A stretch of DNA of 63,777 nt, counting the filler, from Hausera hauseri (taxonomy: Eukaryota), in NCBI GenBank assembly GCA_046269625.1. It is 11 parts of 11 records of this genome, joined end to end, with 100 filler letters (N's around TTAATTAATTAA, not from the genome) between each part and the next. Parts side by side here need not be neighbours in the genome. Positions count along the whole stretch, not along the records: positions 8,299 to 15,575 come from JBJURY010025341.1; positions 15,676 to 21,975 come from JBJURY010115654.1; positions 22,076 to 28,810 come from JBJURY010070994.1; 8 more parts are not named here. One strand, written 5' to 3'. The position numbers were made by a program, and so were the translations under genes. Shown here piece by piece: positions 9,536 to 22,083 of the stretch. The notes under the pieces are model-generated. The model did not search any database and was not told where the DNA came from. It was given only the letters and a program-made list of their open reading frames with translations. Position 1 is the first letter of the stretch. Each line of letters begins with the position of its first letter.

Positions 9536-12500
9536 TTAAGAATATTTAAACAAATTAAATATTCTACTCTCGCCCTGTTTGACTTTCAGTTCTGCATCCT
9601 TGAGTCTTTGTATGCCTTGGATCGGATTGCATCTCACTCTTATTTCGTCGGTCGATAGCCGCTGCTCCTTTGGCATCTGGTCTTCTTCGTGTACCTCTTT
9701 ATCGTCCTGTGAATATCCATGGTCGTTTTTGATGCTTTTTGACACGATCGTTGTAACCTGCTCCGAATTCATCGTGTCATTCCGTAACATTCCTGATCTT
9801 TTGATATCCATCACGTTTCTCTCGATTATACTTCTATTGCTAGTCCTCTTTAATCTGTACGCATGTTTTCCCAGTTTCTCGATAATCGTATATGGCCCTT
9901 CGTATCTCGAGACATCCATTCCTTTGATTCGAGGTAATATTCTAGCCAGTACTATATCGCCACTGGCCAGCTTGACGCCGGTACATGTGTTGAAACCGGC
10001 TTCCTCAATTCAGGCTTAGCCTTGATCAGTTGGCTAAATAATTGTAACACTTTTTGAAGATCTGTGTCATAGTGGCTATGGTTTCCTCTTTTCACTGGAA
10101 TTACTTTCTTTTTCGAATAGACAAACTGCATCTTTTGACCAAATATCACCTCGAATGGTCAGAATCCAGTACTCATGTAAATTGTACTTCTCAGTCCGAA
10201 TTCAACAATGGGAATTGCTTCTTCCCACTCACAATTAGGTGACTGCGGTTGCGTAAAGCATATCTTTCACTGTGCCGAATAATCTCTCAATCACCCCTGT
10301 AGTGCTCGTTTTGGCCCACAAAAATTATATATATATTTTTCTATTCTTAGAAAGTTTTGTTTTAATATAAAAGTTTTTGTGGCATGTTCGAGGTGAATAA
10401 ACACTTCCAATTTGACCATTTTAGTTGTTCTTTAATTTCGGATTCTGTGAAGATTTCTAAATTAGCGATTATCATTATCAATATTTTTGGATATGGAATT
10501 TGTAGCAAATAATGTATTTTATTAGTATTTACACGATAAATTAGGATGTCGAAAATTAATCGAATGTCTTCGTTTATGAGTACAAATCCCTGAGAAATTT
10601 CCGAAATTTCGATAAGACCTCAGTGTCAAATATCGAACCTCACGTGTCCAACAGAACTAAATTTTTCGACAGGAGCAAGCGATTGCAATTTATGGATGAG
10701 TATTTTGCTGACCATCCGAAACAATTTAAACTAAAATCAGACCTAACAAATCGGCTAATTCAAATGGCTGAACAATTTCAGTCATTCATAGATCTACACT
10801 CGATGGTGAGTGAATATAAAATGCCGGTTAATCATGAAAATTACAACTCCGTCACTTTGATAATAGTATGGCGAGCTTCGGGATTTTCTAATTCTGATAA
10901 GTTCATGTAAGATCTCATTCTCTAAGAAAGTATTCTTTTCTGAATGTATTCTGTCAGGGATTCCAAATTACGACACCCACTTGTTATATATGGATTTGCA
11001 TATCGTTTTGGCAGTCATTTTTCAGAGGTATCAGCATAGGGTATTTTGAAAAGTTATCGATGATTCCCAAAATGTATCTACATCCATTTCTACTATTTGG
11101 AAGAGGTCTCATTACATCGATTGATATTGTTTCAAAGGGACACCCAGCATTCAAGGATCCATGTCCTCTATTTTCGTCTGGTCGTTGATTTTTACGCACT
11201 TGACACCCTTTAAATTTTTCTTATTCTAACATCAAAGGACGTACCTGGCCAGTAGGATTTCTCCTTTAAAAGAGCTGTCGTTTTGCACACCTTGATATGT
11301 CCATGTTACATATGAGCATGGNNNNNNNNNNATACCTCCTATTTTTGGCAGTAGAAGTGTATAGCATACATGGCAAATTATATAGAGTAAATCTCCTCTA
11401 AATTTCAAGTCCTTCCGATTTTGCAATGGCGTCTGGCCTTCTGTCTACATTCTGGAGATCTTCCGTATACTGATCTTCAATGTTTTTGTTTTGCATTAGT
11501 TTGATTATCAACGCAAGATTATCATCGTCTGTCTGACAGACGCTTTCTTCTTCCATTACTATACGACGGCAATAGACAACGGTTTTATCATTTTGATTTT
11601 CATTGTAGTATTTCACATTTAGTTTTACCTTAGGGTTCTCGTGGGTAATTGTACATTTTTGACATTGTTCAGGAGCTCGGGATAGAGCATCTGCATTATT
11701 ATGTTCTTCTCCTTTTCTGTATTGGATATCTAAATCGAAAACAATTTATTGAGCCATGAACTAAATTGGTTTGTACTTTCCCATTGATCATCCAGCATAG
11801 AGCTTTGCGATCTGTTATGATAAATCTTCAATATAGTGTCTAAATATTTTTGTTTTTATAGATACTTAGCAACTCTTTTCTTGACTCACAATAATGTTCT
11901 ACTGTAGACAATTTATGTGAAGCTTAGGCTATTGCTCTTTCATATCAACTCTTAATTTGAGAAAAGACGCATCCAATGGTATAAATCGCATGCATCCGTA
12001 TGCAAAATAAAATGGTCATGACTATTTGGAACTGGCAAAATGGGATCTGTTGTTAAACATTGTTTTAAACGAAGGACAGCGCTGAACATATAATCTGACC
12101 ATTGCAACGGATGAATTTGTCTATTTGTTTTATTCTAAATGCTTTTACATGGCTCTTTCAATGGCACAACAATTTTGGCGTAATCTTTAATGTAATTTCG
12201 ATAGTATCCACAAAGTCCAAAATATTTTCTCATGTCTTCCTGAGACTCTGGCTGTGGCCAATCTTGGATAAACGTAATTTTATTGTCATTCGTTGAAATT
12301 CCACTGGCTGACAATCTATGGCTTAGATACCTTACATCATTTCCAAAGAAATGGCAATTTGCTGATGCAATTTTTAACCTAGCTTATTTGTTCTTGGTTA
12401 TCACATTTCGCAGTCTGGTAGGTTTTCCTCCTGTGTCTTTCCAAAAACTAAGATATCCAAATATATTAAACATTCCTTCCAGTCTTCCTCTTTAAATATT

Positions 12501-14815
12501 GTTTTCATAACTCTCTGGAAAGTTTCTGGTACAGCTGCCAAACCCATAGGCAATCTCAAAAACTACAAATGTTCTTTTCTCGTACTAAAAGCTGTTTTCT
12601 CTGTCACAATCTTCAAGACATGTTATAGTATCCTGCAGCAAGATCAATTTTACTGAACTATTTTGATCCTTCTAAATCATCAAAAAGTTGCTGCGTATCT
12701 GTAATACGAAATGAAGGCACTTTTGTCTTTTGATTTAATCTCCGGTAATCCACTGTACGTCGAACGTCCTTCTTGGCACGAAAACTATAGGAGCGTTCCT
12801 CTCTGATACACTTGGTTGAATAATATTTTTCTGTAGCAACTGTTCAGCAAAATCATCAACTTTTTCTTTGAGGGCAATAGGGATTCTCCTTTCCTGCTCC
12901 CGTATTGGGTTATTATCCTTAAGCTCTATGTTATGCTCAACGTTTCGCTCCAATCCTATATCATATTTAGAAAAACTAAATGCATCTCTGACTTCTTTCA
13001 CTAAGCTAGTAATATTATCTCTATTGCTATCATCAACACATTGAAATTTGGATAAAATACACTCAATTTCTGTCGCTTGGTATGTAACTGAAACTGTTAC
13101 AGTATAAGTCTTCCAGGACATATAATGCTTTCGATTACCCAAACAGTGCCCTTTTAGTTTAACTGATTTGTTGGGACTGTTGTGTCTGCATTCACTTTAG
13201 ACACAAAGGGAACAAAAATTGATCTACTATTAACGCCATTATTATCGAGATCGAAATTAAGCACAAGTATCTTCATACTTCGTATGACAAGAATTATGCC
13301 AGGGCTCAGGCCATACAGGCACTGTAAACCCATCAGCGCACTTGATTTTTATGGATGACTTTCGGGTTTCCAACATGTTATCTAAGCCTTTCAACTTTTT
13401 CAGCACGTCTTTACTGATACCATTCACTTCGGCTCCTGTGTCTAATAAGATTTTTTCGTTGTTCCCGTTGATCCACTCGTAGAAAACTTTTTTCCCCCAT
13501 TTTTTAGTGTTGGTTCTCTTTTTTTTCGCTTGAAAAGGATTTTCTTGATTTCGTGTCGTTAAACTCTCTTCAATTACTTTGGCGTACGATTTCTTGGCAT
13601 TTAAAATATGACAAATGATCGGTTCTACGGTATTTATTCCAGTATATGTTTCACTTTCATTATTTGATATACTAGCAGACTCGATCAAGTGAACTGATTT
13701 ACGTTTTTCGTTTCAACAAAATTTCTCTATGTCCCTTGTTGCATTTCTTACAAACTATTGAATTTTTACGGTTCCCCGGAATATGACTGCTGCTTCCACA
13801 AATCTACCATCCGCCTTTACTCTAATAATGGTATTCTTTCCAATATGAACACTGACCCACTTGCTTTTCTCGCTGCAGTATTTTCAGTTTTATACAACGA
13901 GATAATGCGTTTGTTCAAATCTGAGACTTCAGCCCTGGCCATGTGTATTTTGTCATTCTCGGTTAGTACGTTTAATGTTGGCGGAATTTCCTGAGTTTTA
14001 CATTCCTTTTTTATGTCGAATGCTGCATCCAGGGTTTTAGTGTGCCACATTTTTAGCGCCTCCTGAACTCTCATTAATGAAAATATACATCTTTTAAATT
14101 AGTAATATTGAAATGCGTTTTGTTGCCATTTGTTACTTTTAATTATGAAATTCTTGCATCTGTTACATTTATATTTGTACTTCATTGACTTTTATGATCT
14201 ACGTTTCATGTCAGTTGAAAGTAAAATTAATATTTATTATTACTTTTGATATTAAAACATATTTACAAAGGACTTTGAGTTTATTTTTGAAAAATTTTAA
14301 AAGTATATCATTTATAAAAATCTGGAGTGTTTTTGGCTCTCTTCAGAAGTCAACTCCGGTAGTTCCTTAAAACAATGAATTCTTACTTCCTTTATGAACT
14401 CCTTTGTTGATTGACCATCCTTCTGTCGAATGCCAAATAATTTCATCCACGATTAAATATCTGATCTTTTCTGACCATATAATTTTGAAAAAGTTACCTT
14501 GTGCCATTCGAAATTCTACTGATTTGGTTTGTAACCTCACTCCGATTTCAAAAAGCACTGAACATCTTCTAAGTACTCTATGAAAAATTCAGCCTGTGTT
14601 TCTTCCGATATCTCGAGCTGCCGCATCAATGCACCCATGAATTTTAAAAATTGATCAGCATTGCCTCCTTCGAAAGTTTCCGGAATTTTGAATAAGCCCT
14701 TCAGAATTTTATTCAGGATAACTTCCAGTAATTTTGACTGGTGATTCCAAAAATCTGTCTTCATTTCTGTTCTTGACGCCACTATTGAATTTCAAATAGC
14801 ATTAGTTTCCAAAAA
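9536..14815 (-). mobile_element. Heavily degraded Ty3/gypsy LTR retrotransposon (gag-PR-RT-RH-INT)
   Basis: Protease ILLDTGA (13257-13688); RT entry HNIEL..PI..RRIP..NAPIVFV; RNase H end HNNADALSR; integrase PFETISID..GIIDNFSKY; GPY motif in ORF 9536-9919. Confidence 0.88.
14767..14781 (-). promoter_or_regulatory. Primer-binding site of the gypsy element (tRNA-Ser-like)
   Basis: Minus strand TGGCGTCAAGAACAG, 4 nt after a CA (LTR end) and directly upstream of the gag-like ORF; resembles the complement of a tRNA-Ser(CGA) 3' end with one mismatch. Confidence 0.6.
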
Positions 14816-14817
14816 TA

Positions 14818-15575
14818 CAGTTATGGTCAAAAAAGTAGAAACGATCAGCAATTTTATTAATAACGTACATAGCACAACTGAAAAATGTAGTACACAATTA
14901 AAACAATAATATTAATATTTTATTGCTGCACCCTTATGTTTAAGCACCAGTTTTAATCTCTGGCATTGAATGCATTAAGTTTTTACACAGTTCTGCAGTT
15001 ATTTCAGTGCACTGAACTCGTTTCAACCAATACACGAGATCTTGCATGTTTGATAGAGCATGCTTTGTCACTTTCCTTTTCATTATGAAACAAATATTTT
15101 CAATTGGGTTCAAGTCTGGAGAATTTCCTGGCCAGTCCAGCAGCCTCACCTTTTATCTTGAGCCAGGGAGTTATAACTTTAGCGGTATGACAAGGAGCTG
15201 AGTCTTGCTGGAAAGTATTGCACTTTCTATCGACAGAATGGGTTTGAGTTTGTCTTTTAATATTTTCTTGTACTTGGCTGCATTGATAGTTTCTCCTTGT
15301 GGTATGAAATGTATATTGCCACGTCTAGCAGCACACATACAACCCAAAACCGTGATTTTCGGAGGGTGTCTCGTGGGTATTGTATACCGTGGTTCGTACC
15401 TCGCACCAGGGTGCGTCTAACTCTAGTGACACGAATCCCAAACTGGCAAAAAGTTGGTTCGTCATTGAAAAGTACTTCTGCCCACTATGCAGGTATCTAA
15501 TGTAGATGTTTCTGGCAAAAGAGCACTCGTTTCTTAGGTTGAGCTGCATTTAACAGCGGCTTTGCAGGAGCTCTC
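14818..15575 (-). mobile_element. Tc1-family DD34E transposon remnant, 3' half with TIR
   Basis: VLFNDE, FQQDSAPCHTAK and WPGNSPDLNPIEN motifs; end reads TA|CAGTTATGGTCAAAAAAGT at 14816-14836. Confidence 0.9.
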
Positions 15576-16197
15576 NNNNNNNNNNNNNNNNNNNNNNNNN
15601 NNNNNNNNNNNNNNNNNNNTTAATTAATTAANNNNNNNNNNNNNNNNNNNNNNNNNNNNNNNNNNNNNNNNNNNNAAATACAGATAAAAAAACATTCATG
15701 CATGGTTGTGTGAAGCTCACTCTATGCTTAAAGTGTATTAAAATATTCCATAATTTTCAACAGGGTTGAAGAATTTGTTTCGACCTCCCTTTGTCTCTCT
15801 TCCATATAATTTTCAGGACATCATTCACCCTTGTGTCCACTGTTCCCCTTGGGATCTCTTTACCTTACAGAATCACTCATCAGATCAATCCTATAGGACA
15901 TTTTAAACCTGTTATACATCAATGCAATATAATAAGGCACATCATAATTATACTATGTTTGATTATTGGTGGTTAAGCGGTTATAGTAAATATGTAATAT
16001 ATAAACATTACTGCTTCTAACTTAATTATTGATAACAGTTGCTTAGCTGTCTTTTGACTTCCATAATCCATAGACCCTTGTTAATTCTTGGTATGACTTC
16101 AAATTCCCTTTCACAATTTCTGGGTGTCATCTAAATGAATGTCACTCTTTACCTTTTAACCTTGGTTCTTATTTTCGTATCTACATTTTCCCATCTC

Positions 16198-16521
16198 TCA
16201 GCAACGTTTATTTGGGTCTCTGCTTCCACTACACTTTCCTCCCCAGGGCGACGGGTTAACATGCCTCATCACGACCAGGTCATGTTTCAAACACCTCTTT
16301 ATCGGGTAGACTAAGGTTATTGGTACTCTAAAACTACAACCTCCCGGTTCATTGCAGATGGCGAAATTTTTCAATTCCCCAGCCTCGCTTCTTTCGTATT
16401 TAATTATTGTTGGTTTTTGGCAATGGCAGAAGACTTCTTCCCAAAACTTCTCCCAAATTATGACGTTCGGATTATTCTCTACGACTACCCACGTTTCTGT
16501 TGGTTCTTCATCCTCTCCCAA
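16198..16521 (-). CDS. Cys-rich ORF downstream of env, with zf-GRF-like spacing
   Basis: CHC-x19-FAIC-x5-CSF pattern plus further C/H residues; overlaps the env 3' end. Confidence 0.4.
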   Translation of the reverse strand: MGEDEEPTETWVVVENNPNVIIWEKFWEEVFCHCQKPTIIKYERSEAGELKNFAICNEPGGCSFRVPITLVYPIKRCLKHDLVVMRHVNPSPWGGKCSGSRDPNKRC

Positions 16522-18509
16522 TCCCCTCGTCGTTGTTTTGGTTGTCTTTTTGTTCTTCTTTTGTTTCTGTTATTGTTCTAAATTCCTGATTAGTTGGTTT
16601 GTTTGACGTATGGTTGTCTGTATTTATGTCTTGTAATTCTATGTGTTCCTTCTGCTCTGGTGGTTTCGTTCCTTTTGGTTTCCAACCAGATATTTTCTTC
16701 GTAATGGTTTTTCTGCTCTTCATTACTATTATTCCTATTAAAATTATGATTATAATTATGACTATTGTCAGTCCCGTGATAAAATTAATTCTTGATCTAG
16801 TGTTAACATTACTAATTCCTTGCATCTGATTCAGTTCGTTAACTAAATCATTCATTTCAATCCTGTCTATCTTTTAACGGTTGCGGCAAGTCTTTTAAAA
16901 CTAATGGTCTTAATTGGGTTTTCACTGGTTCCCAGATTTCTGGATTAAATTGTTTGTTTATTATTTCCCTCAATTCTATTTTGTTCTCCTGGTTGATGTT
17001 ACTACTGAAGGTCCTGTATGCAGTTATTCTAAACCAATCGTTATGGGCTGTACATTCCGGATCTAATGTTATTATGTCTACCGGTGCTTGCAGTTCACTG
17101 TCCTGTGTAATTGCTTTTTCGTTCTCATCGCACACCTTTGTGACAGTTATGTTTCTTGAAGTTATAACTAACCATTTTCCTTCATCAGCCCTCTCTAGTT
17201 GTGGAATGTCAGGTTTTTGAATTGTTTCTACCTTACATTCTTCCTTTATTTTCTCCCTCTTATATAAAAATAATGTTAACGCACAGAATCTCGCCATGCT
17301 CGTCATGTATATTGGATTTTCAAATTTGCAAAATCTATATGGGTGAGTTTCGCATTTTTCTAGTTCATCATGACTAACTAATGCGAATTGTGTCCTCTCC
17401 TTGTTTATTCTGATGGTGGACTCTTCTAAAAGGTATCTAGCCATGGCTATCCTATCTGGTTTTTCTAACCGTACTTCATTAAGAGGTTTGAATAAAGTTT
17501 TTACTCTAAAAATTTCGTATTTATTTACATTATCCACTAACGGTATGTCTACCACGGTAATAATCTGTCTCCTGTATATGGTAGTATCTACAGATAGTAA
17601 CTTATAGTATTCCCATAATTTATCTTCTATGTCAATTGGTAACTGTAAATTAGAAGGTAGTATCCTTTGTAATCCCTCTAATATATTCTTTAATTCTGCT
17701 GGCATAATTAGACTGGTGGTTAATTTCCTATTTACTGATAAGTTTAAGCTTGTTAACAACTTCTCCACCGCATCTCTGACTTGATACATAAGTTCCCTAC
17801 ACTTGTCTGTTGTGACTAAAATTCTGAAGGAACGTTGTGTAAATTCTTCTAAGTTCCTCAATCCACCTGCTAACTGTGCATTAATCTGATTAGAATAATC
17901 TACCACTTCCTTAATAAGCTTAAATGCTCTGTTTATGTGGTCTCTATTCTCTTGTACTTCCTTCCTTGTTATATTCAAGATAGAAATACTTCTCTCTACC
18001 ACATGTTTCAATTTTCCTTGATTTTCTGAAATTATCTTTATGTCTCTTCTCATCCCCTCAACATCTGCTTCATTAGCGGTACCAAACAAAAATCCTAACA
18101 CATCACCAATAAATGGTAAAACTGATCTTTTCCTTCTATGAGTGTCCATTACTGACGTAAATGTCTTATATTCCTTGAGAAGGTAAAACTGCAACAGTAA
18201 ATTCTCCTCTCGTAATGTCTCCAATGTATTAGCGTAAGTAACATTGCCCTTCGTCTTGTACCATTTCGTGCTTCTGTCAATGATATCATGTAAGCTCATC
18301 ACTTGCTTGGTTGCATTCACTAATGCTTCCTCATATGGTTGCATGTCTGTGATGATGGTTAATTTCCAATGTGCTTTGATGTCTGATACTTCTTTTGCCT
18401 TTATGAACACTGTGTTGTCCCTCACCACTAGGTTGTTCTCTTCTTGTTTACTGAGGGTTGCAGTGATTCCTATCACTGACCATAACAGAATCTGGATCCA
18501 CATGTCCAT
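16508..18509 (-). pseudogene. env: Envelope fusion protein (baculovirus F / errantivirus env-like), split by one frameshift near 16856
   Basis: Signal peptide (MWIQILLWSVIGITATLS), furin site RRKR followed by fusion peptide SVLPFIGDVLGFLFGT, heptad region, Cys-rich ectodomain, TM helix (LTIVIIIIIILIGIIVM) in ORF 16508-16855. Confidence 0.9.
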
Positions 18510-18581
18510 CTGTCTTTGAATCTGAAATAATATAACCTTGAGTTAATTGTCCGTTAATACGGCTATTCTCTCGTAAATCCT

Positions 18582-21500
18582 TCATAGCATTTTAGACAGC
18601 AATGCAAATAACTGCCTATTCAATTCGCTCTTTCCGACTTCTTCATTTTGATTTTGATTCCTTACTTCGTTGCATCGTTTTTCCTTGGTTCTGTTTTCCT
18701 TTTCATCCGTCTGTGTCTCTTTTTCCTCTGATCTCGATTGTTTCCTTGCAGATTTTGCCTTTGTTTTGATCTCGTTTCCATCCTTCTGTGTTACTTCTAG
18801 CTTGACTTCATCTATTTTGCTTTGTCTTTTCTTCCTTCTTCTAACTGCTGATTGATGTTTCCTTTTTACTGCCGGTCCATTTTCACTTGAGCTGTCCTCC
18901 GTGTGCTGTCTTTTTATTGCTCCCCTAATATTTCTCTCCATTTCTTCTTCACTCGTGTCCTCGCTCGTTATTATTGAGGATTGTCCTTCCTGTCTATCTT
19001 GACTTATACCTTCTTCTTCCTCATTCGTAGGTATCAGATTTTGTTCCTGGTTAACCCTCTCTTCTCTGTCTGCTAATCTCAATTGTCTTTCTGGTATAGG
19101 TATCTCACTTTCCTCCGAAGAATGTTCTCTCATTCTTCTACTTCGCTTCATTTGTCTCTGTTTTGCTGCTTCCATTCTTTTCTTCACTGCTGTTCTAGTG
19201 TTTCGGTATGGTGCACCCATCCCTCCTTCAGATTCACTATCTGCTTCTTCATCTTCTCCTGCCGATGGTATGTTCCCGTCATCCTCATGCCTTCCTCCTT
19301 CTCTCCCTCTCCCTAATTGTGGATAAGCTAATGGGATGTAATCTCCTACGGCTGATCCATCTTCAGGGTCTGTTAATAGATCATCTTCACTCCTGAATTC
19401 TGTTTCTTCCTGATCTGTGGTTCCTGGTGATACTAGATATCTGGTCCTTCTGAGTCCTTTATCTCCTTCTTCCTTCTCTAATTCATCCCATCCCTTGTCA
19501 TCTTTTCTCAAATCTGACGTGGTTGCTTTTGCTTGGTGTCCGTTCCAATGATTCCTTATCTTGTATGTGACTGGTCCCTTTTTCTCAATAACAATGTATC
19601 CCTTAATCCACTTGTTATTAAACTTAGAATCTCTGCTATGGGCTTTATAATATACTTTGTCACCTACCTTAAATTCCTGTGGTTCAGCCTTTTTGTCTGC
19701 ATATTGCTTCCTTTTCAAAAATATCTTCTTCAAGTTCCTGTGTACCTTCAAATATGTTCTATGCATTTCTTGCAGTAGAATTTCATGAAACTCTTCACCT
19801 AAATATTTCCTGTGAGGTTTCAGTAACAAATCTAGACGCAGAATTGCTTCTCTTCCGTAAAGCAATTCGAATGGTGTATGTTTTGTGCTTCCGTTTTCAT
19901 TCATTCTCAATGCTGCTAGTGCCTGACTCAGATATAAATCCCAGTTCCTCTGATTGTTTTCTACATATTTTGCTATGATGTCATACATAGTTTTATGTTG
20001 TCTTTCATTTTTTCTCCGTTACTCTGTGGATTATAGTAGTTGTGGTATATGTGGTTGATGTTCATCTTCTTCATGGTATCCTCGAAAGCATGACTTGTAA
20101 ATTCTTTCTCATTATCTGTCAGTATATCTGAGGTGTCCCATATCTCGGAATGAACTGTTCTATTAGGATGTTTACTATGGACTCACTCGTCAAATCAGGT
20201 TAGGCATAAGCTTCTGGCCATAAGCTGTAACTGTCCACGATGTGTAAAATGTATTTATTTCCCGACATTGTGATCGGGTGAAGTCCTGAAATGTCCATGC
20301 TGATCTTCTGCATTGGATCATCTTGATAGTCCATTTCCTGCATTGGATGTTTAATAAGTCTCATATTTCTCAACCTGCATGTTTCACAGTTTCCGACATA
20401 ATCATACACCTCTTTGAACATGTCTGGCCAATAATATTTCCTTCTGATAGCTTCATATGTTCTGTCTCTTCCCATATGACCATTTCCTTCATGATATTGT
20501 TTCAACACATCTCCTCTCAGGTGTATTTATATATACTTTTGTAATTTTCCTTCCTCCTTTAATATCCTATACACTTCATCATCATCATGCAGTACCAAAA
20601 AGTTTCTCCATTCCCTTGAATTTTCCCCATTTCCTGATTTCAAGTCTCTTTTTATTTGTCGAATTTCATCATCCTTTTTTTGCTCTGTCTTCATATCCAT
20701 TCGAAAGGTTGAATCTCCAGTGTCTGATTCTTCTTCCCTGTCTCCTTCCTGACTGTCTGCTTCATATAGCTCCGGTTGGTTTGCATTGATTATGTTGACC
20801 TGTAAATGTCTATCATCAATGTCTGGTATGCCTTCCTCGTCGTCATCCTATTCGCTGTCATGTGGAATCCTTGATAATAAATCTGCACATGTATTCTCTG
20901 GTCCTGGAATATATTATATCCTTGCATCGTCTCCCTGCAAGTTTAAAACCCATGTTTGAATCCTCGATTCTGAGCATCTGATTTCAGTAAATTTTTCAAC
21001 GGCATATGATCACACTTTATCACAAAGTTTGCATTGTGAAGATATAATTTCAGTTTCTGCAAAGCGTAGTATATAGCGTATGCTTCCTTTTTCCCATTGT
21101 CGACCATTTCTGTTGTGAGTTACTCAGCTTATGAGACAAAAAGTGCTTTGGTCTTTCATTCTTTGTCCCTGGTACAATTCCTTCCTCTCCTTCGTCTGTT
21201 GTTTGGACTAATACTGCACCAATCGCTGAGTCTGGAGCATCCGTGTAAAGTTTTAATTGCTTGTCCATTTCAGGGTAAGCTAGCAATGGTACAGTCATAA
21301 GACTCTCCTTCAGATATTCAAATGCTCTTTGGCAATTTTTATGCCATTTGAATCTTGCATACTTTCTAATAAGAACGATGATTGGTTCTGCAATCTTCGA
21401 AAAGTTCGGAATAAATCTCTGATAGTATCCGCAGGTCCCAATACATCCTCTCACTTCTCTCACTGCCTTTCGTGCTGGCATCTATCTAATAACTTTAACT

Positions 21501-21975
21501 TTGTCTTCATCTGGTCTGATGCCGCTCTTGTTTATCACAAAACCTAGATACTTTGTCTCTGTTTTCAAGAACTCACATTTGCTCAGCTTCAGCTTTACCG
21601 TGTGCTGTTTCAGTCTGTCAAACACTAACTCGACATGTCTTAAATGATCCTCGATTGATCCTACTGTATAAATCAGAATGTCACCAATGTAAGCCATAGC
21701 AAATTTCTGCATGCCTTCTAGTACGATGTCCATTAGACTCATGTGTGTTGCCGGTGATCCCTTCAGTCCGAATGGCATGACATTCCATGCGAAACTTCTG
21801 ACATGTGTACAAAATGCGCTTTTCTTCTTTGCATCTTCCGACATTGGTATACACCAAAATCTGCTCCTGGCATCCAACGTTGTAAAATAATCTGACTTGT
21901 TCAACATGCCAAGAATACCATCTATGCAATCATAGGGTATGCCAGATTTCGAGTTATCGTATTGAGTGATCTATA
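18582..21975 (-). pseudogene. pol: Ty3/gypsy pol (RT-RNase H-integrase) with a long charged C-terminal tail; several frameshifts
   Basis: FTTLDA, MPFGL, YIGD (decayed YIDD), YLG; LYTDA..IGAVL; H..GH..CETC; TPFELLYGR; KGPVTYKI. Confidence 0.93.
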
Positions 21976-22083
21976 NNNNNNNNNNNNNNNNNNNNNNNNN
22001 NNNNNNNNNNNNNNNNNNNTTAATTAATTAANNNNNNNNNNNNNNNNNNNNNNNNNNNNNNNNNNNNNNNNNNNNTTGAAATT

